This document shows, one piece after another, positions 33,871-43,363 of a stretch of 64,000 nt of DNA (the stretch's first letter is position 1; every line of letters starts with the position of its first letter). The notes below the pieces were generated by a model, which saw nothing but the letters and a program-made list of their open reading frames with translations, ran no database searches and was not told the DNA's origin. The DNA comes from TPA_inf: Saccharomyces (Eukaryota). Location: the NCBI GenBank assembly GCA_000146045.2, contig BK006946.2:320001-384000 (forward strand). The letters are read 5' to 3'. A program made the translations under genes and the position numbers.

Positions 33871-34731
33871 ATGTCAGACATCGAAGAAGGTACGCCTACT
33901 AATAATGGGCAACAGAAGGAGAGAAGAAAGATAGAAATTAAGTTCATCGAGAATAAAACAAGGCGCCATGTGACATTTTCCAAAAGGAAGCACGGTATCA
34001 TGAAAAAGGCGTTTGAGCTTTCTGTTCTAACGGGGACCCAGGTCCTGTTGCTAGTCGTTTCAGAAACAGGTTTGGTATATACTTTCAGCACGCCGAAGTT
34101 TGAACCTATAGTCACGCAGCAGGAAGGTAGAAACCTGATCCAGGCCTGTCTTAACGCCCCTGATGATGAGGAAGAAGACGAGGAGGAAGACGGTGATGAT
34201 GATGATGATGATGACGATGATGGTAATGATATGCAACGCCAGCAACCACAACAACAGCAACCGCAACAACAGCAACAAGTATTGAATGCACACGCAAATA
34301 GCTTAGGCCATCTAAATCAAGATCAGGTACCGGCAGGCGCGCTGAAACAAGAGGTGAAGTCACAATTGCTAGGCGGTGCCAATCCTAATCAAAACTCAAT
34401 GATTCAACAGCAGCAACATCACACGCAGAATTCACAACCACAACAGCAACAGCAACAACAACCACAGCAGCAAATGTCACAGCAACAAATGTCACAGCAT
34501 CCTCGACCACAGCAAGGAATACCACATCCGCAACAATCGCAGCCACAGCAACAGCAACAACAACAACAACAACTGCAACAGCAGCAACAGCAGCAACAAC
34601 AACAACCCCTCACCGGCATTCATCAGCCTCACCAACAGGCTTTTGCCAACGCTGCCTCCCCCTATCTGAATGCTGAACAGAATGCTGCCTACCAACAATA
34701 CTTTCAAGAACCGCAACAAGGCCAATACTAA
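33871..34731 (+). CDS. MCM1: MADS-box transcription factor Mcm1 with a C-terminal Gln-rich tail, 286 aa.
   Basis: The track ORF begins upstream. The known start MSDIEEGTPTNNGQQKERRKIEIKFIENKTRRHVTFSKRKHGIMKKAFELSVLTG maps to the ATG at 33871. It has an acidic D/E run and a long poly-Q tail. Fits YMR043W. Confidence 0.95.
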   Translation: MSDIEEGTPTNNGQQKERRKIEIKFIENKTRRHVTFSKRKHGIMKKAFELSVLTGTQVLLLVVSETGLVYTFSTPKFEPIVTQQEGRNLIQACLNAPDDEEEDEEEDGDDDDDDDDDGNDMQRQQPQQQQPQQQQQVLNAHANSLGHLNQDQVPAGALKQEVKSQLLGGANPNQNSMIQQQQHHTQNSQPQQQQQQQPQQQMSQQQMSQHPRPQQGIPHPQQSQPQQQQQQQQQLQQQQQQQQQQPLTGIHQPHQQAFANAASPYLNAEQNAAYQQYFQEPQQGQY

Positions 34732-35383
34732 TCTTATCGATTTCCGTATATAATTCATAGACGAGCATTAAGAGGAAAAAGCTGTTTCCGTACCAATTAA
34801 AGAAAGATAGACAACAAGAACAAAAACGTACATTACTCTATATTGAAAAAAGCCCTATGTCGGTAAAAGAATAGGAAGTACCTTAGTCATCGGCACTTAC
34901 CTTTTTTTTTACGATTACTTCTGGTTTGTTTCTTTGCCTCATTTCATTTTGCTGCCACTTTCTTTCATAGGCAAGAAGATTCAATCAAATCTCCCCTTCT
35001 CCTTCCCCGGATATATAAAATATAAATATAAAACTTTAAGAATATAAAAATATGAGAAACCACACATAACTTGTATACTTTACTCACATACACACATTTC
35101 CAAAAAAATTATAATGTTAATTACATTGCTTTTAATGCTAATCTTTTTTTAGTTGTATAATCATTACCATATAAATGCCTCTCGGTCTAATTTCATTGCC
35201 AGTATTGTAAGTTATATACTTTTATACGAGTGTACGGAAAATATCGTGGCTCCCCGTTAACAGTGAAATAAATCTACGCATGTAGCTGCCAGTTTTTTAA
35301 GCGTTATATCAATATTGGTAAAGTAAGAATTGACGAAGAAATTGTTAACTACATTTTTCAGAACGGCGTGTCATTCTCCGATA

Positions 35384-36811
35384 ATGTCTGAAGCGATATT
35401 CCAGCCAACGGACATTGTCCTTGCCAAAGTTAAAGGCTTTTCAGCATGGCCAGCAATGATTATCCCTAATGAACTCATCCCAGATAACATCCTCAAGACC
35501 AAACCTGTGAGTGTCCACAAAGGCAAATCAGGTAGTGATAAAAAAGCAAATGAAGATATAGATGCAGACATGGAATCAGAGGCTAGAGATCGAGAGCAAA
35601 GCGAAGAAGAAGAAGATATAGAGGATTTTGGTGAGAGTGAGGCTAATCCTGAAAAATTTATAATATACACTCCCGTTCTGAAGTTTCGTAAAAATGATAC
35701 GTTGAAATCGACTTACTGCGTCAAGTTTTTTTGCGATGATTCTTATATCTGGGTGAAGCCCATGGATATGAAGATTCTAACAAGCGAAGATTGTCGTAAG
35801 TGGCTAAGCGGCAAACAGCGGAAGAATAAGAAACTCATACCGGCATATGAAATGGCTATGAGAGGCAAAAATGGAATTGATATTTGGGAATTTGTGGAAT
35901 ATGGGTCTTACGGCAAGCCAGATGAAGAGGAATATGTAGAGGAAGAGGAAGAAGAGAACGAACCTGAAAAAAAGGCTATAAGGCCAACCAGGTCTTCCAG
36001 TAGACAGCGTCAGAAGCGCGCCTCAGAAACGGAAAAGAGTGAGGGCGGTAATAGCAATAAAAGGAAAAGAGTTACTAGATCGACTAGGCAACAAGCGATA
36101 GATGCTTCAGAAGAGGAAGAGGAGGAAGAGGAGGAAAAAGTACAAGAGGCTGTTAGAAAGAGGCCGCAAAGGACCAAAACTAAGAAAGTTGTAGTATCCA
36201 AGACTAAACCAAATCCAAAAACAAAGGCAAAGAAAGAGAAACCTAAACCACCTAAGCCAATCAAATATCATTTTGAAGATGATGAAGATTGGAGCATTGT
36301 TGGGTTGGGCCCACAAGATCTATCAATCGAAAAAACGATGGATCCGATTGCGAAAAAACTGTCGCAGAAGAAAAATCTAGAAAAGCATGTGGAGATTAAG
36401 CTAGATCTGGAGGATAAACTAGCAGGTATCAACAAGCTCCTGTGTGATGTCTTATGTTCAGCCATTAACCAGGCTGTTTCGATAAAGGATGATTTCGAAA
36501 TAATATTAGATGAATTGCAGATTGCCCTTGACACCAGGGGGTCCAGAAACGAATTTATAACAATTTTCCAATCAAATAATTCCCTACTGTTAAACTTTAG
36601 GATATTATTTAACTTAAGAAAAAGGGAACTGAACAAATGGGATCTGTGGGATCGTTTCCAGGATATTTTCAAGCATATTTATTCCTACCAGTTCATACCT
36701 GATACGGAAGATTGGCAACTAGAGCAAAATATGGAAATTGAAGAAATGGATCGGGAAAAGCCGAGCTTTAGTGAAGACGTAAAGGAAGAAGAAAGCAAAG
36801 TAGGAGCATGA
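35384..36811 (+). CDS. IOC4: ISW1b chromatin-remodelling complex subunit with an N-terminal PWWP domain, 475 aa.
   Basis: The known start MSEAIFQPTDIVLAKVKGFSAWPAMI maps to the ATG at 35384. The track start at 35330 is upstream. It has an acidic E-run and basic K-rich stretches. Fits YMR044W. Confidence 0.85.
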   Translation: MSEAIFQPTDIVLAKVKGFSAWPAMIIPNELIPDNILKTKPVSVHKGKSGSDKKANEDIDADMESEARDREQSEEEEDIEDFGESEANPEKFIIYTPVLKFRKNDTLKSTYCVKFFCDDSYIWVKPMDMKILTSEDCRKWLSGKQRKNKKLIPAYEMAMRGKNGIDIWEFVEYGSYGKPDEEEYVEEEEEENEPEKKAIRPTRSSSRQRQKRASETEKSEGGNSNKRKRVTRSTRQQAIDASEEEEEEEEEKVQEAVRKRPQRTKTKKVVVSKTKPNPKTKAKKEKPKPPKPIKYHFEDDEDWSIVGLGPQDLSIEKTMDPIAKKLSQKKNLEKHVEIKLDLEDKLAGINKLLCDVLCSAINQAVSIKDDFEIILDELQIALDTRGSRNEFITIFQSNNSLLLNFRILFNLRKRELNKWDLWDRFQDIFKHIYSYQFIPDTEDWQLEQNMEIEEMDREKPSFSEDVKEEESKVGA

Positions 36812-37004
36812 CCTGTTGCTATTGCAGTTGATGTACTCTGCTTTTGAACAATAGAGGGGAAACCTGTGTACTATAAAATAGACTAAAACTATGTAACTTG
36901 TGTATGTTCTGATATGTATGACGCAGTCTTTGATAGTCCAAAACTCACCTAGACTGTGCTGTATTATTACAATTAAAGTTCTAAGTCTGTTGTGCATTAT
37001 CATT

Positions 37005-37336
37005 TGAGAAATGGGGGAATGTTGAGATAATTGTTGGGATTCCATTGTTGATAAAGGCTATAATATTAGGTATACAGAATATACTAGAAGTTCTCCTCAA
37101 GGATATAGGAATCCTCAAAATGGAATCTATATTTCTACATACTAATATTACGATTATTCCTCATTCCGTTTTATATGTTTCATTATCCTATTACATTATC
37201 AATCCTTGCACTTCAGCTTCCTCTAACTTCGATGACAGCTTCTCATAACTTATGTCATCATCTTAACACCGTATATGATAATATATTGATAATATAACTA
37301 TTAGTTGATAGACGATAGTGGATTTTTATTCCAACA
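37005..37336 (-). repeat. 3' LTR (delta) of Ty1 element 1.
   Basis: Has TG...CA ends and sits next to the TACCACCC polypurine tract on its internal side. The six-frame track gives the same LTR-internal ORFs as for the 5' LTR. Confidence 0.9.
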
Positions 37337-37358
37337 TACCACCCATAATGTAATAGAT

Positions 37359-40300
37359 CTAATGAATCCATTTGTTTGTTAATAGTTTGAATGTTTTTAT
37401 CGGAAGAGGTTTGGTCATTACGTCTGCAATATTCTTTTTGGTTTCGATATAGCATACGTGCAGATGATTTCCTGATACTTCATCTCTCAGTCTCATTGCT
37501 TTAGTACCAAAAAATCTGTTTCTAAATTTCTCTTCATTATTGGATATAATTATACTGATTGTAGATTTACTGTCGGTTAGTAATCCTTTGGTAATTGGTT
37601 TCTTGTCGAGTTCTTGTATCAGGTAACTTAGATTATTTAATAATGGGACAGATTCACTTATTGCGTGTATTTCTGCTTCCGTAGTTGAAGTACATGTTAA
37701 TGAAGCCTTGGTGGACTTTCCTCCAATTACTTTTCCATTAAGTAAATATATGTTGCCAATTTGTGATTTATAATACGGTTGGTTACCATACGATGCATCG
37801 CTTATAACAACTAATTTATTTGTTGGCTTAACAGGTTTGCTTTTGTGCCATATTAATTGCTTATCTCTCGTATTCCATATGAACTGTATCAATTCATATG
37901 TCATATCTAACACTTGCTTGGACGGAAATAGTATATGTTGTGCAAGTGTGTTGATGTAGTATAATAGGTCAAATCTAAATTTATATCCAACATATGATGC
38001 TAGACCTATCAGCTTTTGCATTTCATGTACCTTCATTTTGTAATCATCTTCTTCTAGCTCTAGTTCTTGCTGGTCTATATATAGACCTGGTTGACCTGGA
38101 GCGCTAAGTTTCCTTCCTTTTGGGTTCAAAGGTACGTTTAGTTTGGGTATTTTTTCAGTTAATGAGTTTTCCATACCCAATTTCATGTATTTACCTCTTT
38201 GGTATTTGATTTCCAAGCCAAGAATGTCATATTGAATTTCCTCATCACTTTCGCCTAGATTTATAATCTTGGTGTCGTATTGCATCTTAAGCTTGTCTAT
38301 AATTCTTTTGTTTGAATTTAGATTTTTGCTAAACAGTACCATATCATCTACGAATAAACAAATTGTCACTTGACTGTTTTCAAATACGCATGACCATCCA
38401 CGAACTTCTTCCATACCACACTGTTTTATCAGGTATGATTTGATAGTTTCGTACCAGTTCGCTCCACTTTGTTTCAATCCATAAAGTGATTTCTTCAAAC
38501 GTATCAACTTATCATTCATTCCTAAATGTGGTGGAGGTCTTATGTATAATTCTTCTTTGATGTCTGCATACAAATATGCCGAAGATATGTCTAATTGTGT
38601 AATATAGTAGTTATTGTCTAATGCAAGTGACAGGGATGTCATTAATGCATAGTGATGTACGGTATTGGATTGCATGCCTGAGTCGTAAGTGTCAGGATGC
38701 TGAATATCACCTCTTGCAACAAATCTAGCTTTATGAGTACCGTCACGTTTCCTGTTGAAGATAAACATTGAATTTATTACTCTTTTAGGGTCTATTTCTT
38801 TTCTGTCATAATATTTGTCAGTGTCCCAAGTTTTCATCTTCAACAGTTGATTGACTTCTTTGTGGTATGCCTCGATATATTTTTCTTTTTCTTTAATATC
38901 TTTATTATAGGTGATTGCCTCATCGTATCGTAAGGTTGTTCGTATTGGTTTGATTGATTTTACTGCTTTTACAGCTGCAATCAGGTGGATTCGTTTCTTC
39001 GATCTCGGAGGTTCTAAACTACGCATATTCTTAGTATTCCATGTGTCTCGTGATACCTTAATTTCAGTTTCATTATCTTCTAATGATCTTTTCTTACTGT
39101 TGATAGTAGTATAGGCATTAGAGTCACCAATACCACCCAAACTGGAATTAGTTTGACGAGAATTGATCGGTGGAAGTTCTTTAAAGGAGTCTGATAATTC
39201 GGTAGGAGGTTCTGGAGGCAGATCGGGAAGTGGAAGATCAGCAATTATAGATTCCTCTGTATTCTCCTTAGGACAGGTATCTGACGTTTTGATAGGAACG
39301 ACGTGGTGTAGTGAATTACTTTCTGATGAGGAAGTATCGATCGAAGGTGAACGGTGTATGATCCTTTTCTCAGTCTCCTGTTCGCTTGTCTGCGGAACAG
39401 TTTTATTATTGGTACCACCCGTACTGGATATTGGTACGTTTGTATGATTAGTCTCATTGTCACTGTACGAGTCTGAGTGTCTGAAATCTTTAGATTTACT
39501 GGCGTGCGACGACTCATGTGTGTTAGATTGGGACATGGGAGCAAGTAAAGGAACATCTAATCTATGCATACCACCCGAACCGGTACTCTCGATATCGGAA
39601 ATTTGGGGGGTGCTAGATCTCTTCTTAGATGGAAGAATATTAGATTCAGATATGTTGGGGTCAACTTCTCTGGGTGCGCGAATATTGGTTTTGGAAACAC
39701 GTTTCGAATCTTCAGTATGAGTTGACGGAGGTGTGGAATCGGTTGGACTCACAGCTTTTGAAAGGACATTTCTCAGTTGCTCAGGATGTAGTTCAATGTC
39801 AGATTGGAAGTCATGGTCAGATTCTATGTTAAGATCATTGGATTGTTGGATCTCATTTGACGCAATGAACGAATGATATGAAGCAGTTAAACGGTTTAAG
39901 TCTTCATCGAAAGTGAGTGCGTCGTAATTGAATTGATCTAATCTGGATTCCTTGCCCTGAAGAATAACATAGTTAGTTGTATCTACTGTCTTCTTTAAGG
40001 ACGGAAGATAGATGATATATCCATAAGAGTTTCGAGACGGATGTAGAGCGTAGCCTGGGATGCCACGAGGATGTATTTTGGAGTTAGGGTTGTGATCATT
40101 GACGATAACAGGTTGACCGAAAGGTAACAAAGTACTGATATCAAGTCCTGCCAAGCCAGCATGTTGTCTTGCAGATTTTTTGCTTTTAGGTGAAGCTAGT
40201 GAATTTCTCACAATAGTAGAAAATTCGATTGCAGAGAACCATAAATGGTTCGGTAAACCACTACATTGCAGTTGAGTACGGCAGTCATCTAATAAGGTAC

Positions 40301-41325
40301 GGTTTAGCCGTTCAGCGACTCCATGTGCTCGGGAATCCGCTGTGGTTGTATAGCATGGAGTTATACCATTTTTTTCAAGGAATTTATGGAGAGTTCTGTT
40401 AGTATACTCAGAACCACGGTCCATTTGTATAACTAAGACACTGGCCTGAAACTGGTTTTTAATAAAAGCTAGTATCGTAGTAAAAACATCGAGGATAGAG
40501 TCCTCGCGACGGTCGTGTAATGGATAAACCCAACGGAATTTTGTTGTCTCATCAGTAAATGAGATGAAATAGGATGGTGCACTTTTTGGTAGGTTGTGAA
40601 CTGGACCAAATATGTCAGTATGTAGGTATTGAAAGGGTTCGTATGAATTTTGGTATTTTAGTCGTGAACCTTTGATATGTCTGTGTTTGGTGCTTTTGCC
40701 GATTAAACAATCAGGACATTGATAGTCAATAGCACTAGACCAGTCGACATCTGATTCGTTAAAATACGTGATGGTGTTATTTTTAAGTGAGTATCGAATT
40801 GTCTGTGCATTGGCATGTGCAAGCATTCGATGAATGAAAGGATAAGGATATTTGCGTGTACTTTCACTTGTATGGACATTATTGATGGTGGGTACGGAGA
40901 TATTTGATGGAAGCAAGTACTTTTTAGATACCCAGTAAAAGTCTCCATATTTTACGATAGGTGCAAGTACAGTGCCGTCAGATCGTTCTAAGACGTTTTT
41001 GGTAAAGCATGCTGTGATATCTACTGCAGCCAATTCATTCAAACTGAGTAAGTCATAGGCTATGTTAGGAGTGTGCAATACCTTTATTGATGTTTTGGTG
41101 TTGTCCTGGAAGTGAAATTGTAGGTCACCAATAGCGTTAATTGGTATATTTCTTTTTTGAGCATCAACTACGTTTATGTCAGGATTAGATGATGCTGAGT
41201 GTATGTGATGAGCAGATCTTATAAGGGTTCGTGATGCTCCTGAATCAAGAAGGAGGTGTCCAGGGAGTTTATCATCAGAATGATTAGTGTGATTTACCGT
41301 AGATTCAGTAAGTTCCTGGCCTAAG
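37359..41325 (-). CDS. TYB: Ty1 TYB (protease, integrase, reverse transcriptase, RNase H). It is expressed as a TYA-TYB fusion through a +1 ribosomal frameshift at CTTAGGC (plus-strand GCCTAAG at 41319..41325).
   Basis: A 1239-aa open frame holds the protease motif DSGAS-like region, integrase HHCC and DDE motifs, the RT YVDDM motif (FVDDMVLFS) and RNase H. It overlaps the end of TYA by about 40 nt in the +1 frame. Confidence 0.85.
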
Positions 41326-42627
41326 GTGAAGGTCGTGTGTATTCTTCAATTGAATCGGTTCAGTAGTCGATCCTCTTATGAGATCGTTATCAGGGCCGGG
41401 AGAGTTATTAAATGTGGATACGTTATGAGCCCTGGCTGTTCTTGATTGCGAATTATTTGGTTTTTGGGAATTCCGAGTTATGGATTTGGGTTTGGTTGTA
41501 TTCGTATAGGTGCGAGAGTCTTTCTTCTCATCACTCGGACTTCTCCTATGAGTAGATTTATTACGTTTTGATTCCTGTTGTTCTTCATACATAGAATGTA
41601 TGTCTGAAAACAGATCAGCAACTGTCATATGTATACATCGATGACGTGCGTAGCGTAAAAATTTGTACTCGCCAGATAGACCTCTCATAATGAATTGGCA
41701 TGCTACCTTGTTATTGATAGGAATACCATTGTTGTTTAGTCTGTCAAGAATGTTTGTGACTTCTGCTTCAAATGCATCTGCAGGTGTACTTCCATTATAA
41801 TGCAAAGTTGCTAGGGTCGTAATGTCATTTACCTCTTGAGTATCAGACTGCATTTTGTTAATGCTTTTGGAAAGAATTTTCATGATATCTGTATAATCAA
41901 CAGATAAGATGTCTTTAACCCAGGGGGGTAAGAATTGAGATGGAGCAAATAGTTGAAAGGTGTGACATAAGAAGGTGAGTTCGTCATCAGTCATCTGACG
42001 TACGGCTTTTCTTGTTGCTGTCGGAATAATATCACCGAGATTCGAATTTTGTAAAAATTTAATGTATATTTTAACCCAATTGAGAAAGTCATTAGGTGAG
42101 GTTAAGATTGGCGGTGGTCTGACATGTTGATTAGTGGATGTCATATTAGACTTTGCTGAGGATGAATCAGGAAATGAATTACCTGACTCAGGTGACGGGG
42201 TGTTCAAATGTGTTCCAACATATTGTGGATATTGTGTAAACTGTGATTGTGCCCCAGGTGGAGCGTACATAGGTGACATTTGATAAGGTGGATACGGCAT
42301 CAAGGATGGGTGCCCGTATACTGGCCAGCCAGAAATATTGGCTTGTTGGGTATTCATCATGCGCTGCTGTGGGTACGGCCCATTTTGTGGCAATGGTACT
42401 TGAGCAGCTTGAGGAGAGGCATGATGATGGTTCTCTGGAACAGCAGATGAGAGAGGTGTTGTTGGCTGTTGAGAATTAGCCTGAGTGGAAACCTTCTCAC
42501 ATTCTTCTGTTTTGGAAGCTGAAATGTCTAACGGATCTTGAGTTGTTTGGACTTCTTTAGAAGTAACCGAAGCACAGGCGCTACCATGAGAAATGGGGGA
42601 ATGTTGAGATAATTGTTGGGATTCCAT
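41305..42627 (-). CDS. TYA: Ty1 TYA (Gag), 440 aa, the divergent subfamily variant.
   Basis: Starts inside the 5' LTR as [26 protein letters not shown] and ends ...LHLRPGTY at the frameshift heptamer. Confidence 0.85.
   Translation of the reverse strand: MESQQLSQHSPISHGSACASVTSKEVQTTQDPLDISASKTEECEKVSTQANSQQPTTPLSSAVPENHHHASPQAAQVPLPQNGPYPQQRMMNTQQANISGWPVYGHPSLMPYPPYQMSPMYAPPGAQSQFTQYPQYVGTHLNTPSPESGNSFPDSSSAKSNMTSTNQHVRPPPILTSPNDFLNWVKIYIKFLQNSNLGDIIPTATRKAVRQMTDDELTFLCHTFQLFAPSQFLPPWVKDILSVDYTDIMKILSKSINKMQSDTQEVNDITTLATLHYNGSTPADAFEAEVTNILDRLNNNGIPINNKVACQFIMRGLSGEYKFLRYARHRCIHMTVADLFSDIHSMYEEQQESKRNKSTHRRSPSDEKKDSRTYTNTTKPKSITRNSQKPNNSQSRTARAHNVSTFNNSPGPDNDLIRGSTTEPIQLKNTHDLHLRPGTY
42577..42586 (-). 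other. Ty1 primer-binding site, complementary to the 3' end of initiator tRNA-Met.
   Basis: TGGTAGCGCC (plus-strand ggcgctacca) lies directly next to the U5 end of the 5' LTR. Confidence 0.8.
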
Positions 42628-42918
42628 TGTTGATAAAGGCTATAATATTAGGTATACAGAATATACTAGAAGTTCTCCTCAAGGATATAGGAATCCTCAA
42701 AATGGAATCTATATTTCTACATACTAATATTACGATTATTCCTCATTCCGTTTTATATGTTTCATTATCCTATTACATTATCAATCCTTGCACTTCAGCT
42801 TCCTCTAACTTCGATGACAGCTTCTCATAACTTATGTCATCATCTTAACACCGTATATGATAATATATTGATAATATAACTATTAGTTGATAGACGATAG
42901 TGGATTTTTATTCCAACA
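42587..42918 (-). repeat. 5' LTR (delta) of Ty1 element 1.
   Basis: 332 bp and identical to the 3' LTR. It contains the TYA ATG. Confidence 0.9.
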
Positions 42919-43063
42919 TCATTTTCAATGAAGCTGTGACCTTGGCATTCGCACCGCTTGACACTACAGGACGAATAAATTCCATGTTCGGGTGGTGGCT
43001 AGAGGTACATATGCGGTAAATGTACTGTATAGCCCAGCATGTTTTTCTTAACAATCCAAGTTT

Positions 43064-43135
43064 GCCATCTTAGTATAGTGGTTAGTACACATCGTTGTGG
43101 CCGATGAAACCCTGGTTCGATTCTAGGAGATGGCA
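43064..43135 (+). tRNA. tH(GUG): tRNA-His (GUG), 72 nt. G-1 is added after transcription.
   Basis: GCCATCTTAGTATAGTGGTTAGTACACATCGTTGTGGCCGATGAAACCCTGGTTCGATTCTAGGAGATGGCA matches yeast tRNA-His. Confidence 0.9.
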
Positions 43136-43363
43136 TTTTCTTTTTTTTTCAAAGAAAAGAAAAAGGGAAGGCAACAAACGACATGAATTATTGTCTTTTT
43201 CAAAAGGATGTAATTATCGCAGCAGGTCTATGAAGGGTCCCTTTTCTCTTTTTTATCACTTGTTCCATCTATAATTTTATACTCAAAAATTTAACAGGTT
43301 AATTACACTAAATGCATTACAAATTTGTATTTGATTCTATATATAGTTTCGTTATATAATAAC

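Larger units (their letters stand above)
37005..42918 (-). mobile_element. Full-length Ty1-family LTR retrotransposon, 5914 bp, minus orientation. It has a divergent (Ty1'-like) TYA and LTR ends, and is flanked by the 5-bp TSD TCATT.
   Basis: The two 332-bp LTRs look identical. They lie at 37005..37336 and 42587..42918, start TGAGAAATGGGGGAATGTTGAGATAATTG and end TATTCCAACA on the plus strand. The PBS lies at 42577..42586, the PPT at about 37337..37344, TYA at 41305..42627 and TYB at 37359..41325. TCATT is found at 37000..37004 and again at 42919..42923. Confidence 0.9.

Noticed and set aside
34419-34619. A 66-aa poly-cysteine ORF (minus strand), and neighbouring L-rich and H-rich ORFs at 34060..34758.
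   Set aside because: They are reverse-complement or alternative-frame readings of the MCM1 CAG/CAA (poly-Q) and GAT (poly-D) tracts. They are compositional artefacts.
36719-37045. A 108-aa ORF beginning [13 protein letters not shown] outside the Ty1 body.
   Set aside because: It begins at the TYA start codon, which is copied into the 3' LTR, and then runs into flanking unique DNA. It is an LTR read-through artefact and not a third Gag gene.
37045-37455. Duplicate small ORFs in LTRs and at LTR-internal junctions (37045..37248 = 42627..42830; 37258..37455 = 52956..53153).
   Set aside because: They are the same LTR or PPT-junction sequence read in non-coding frames. They start at TTG in the track and serve only as markers of LTR identity.
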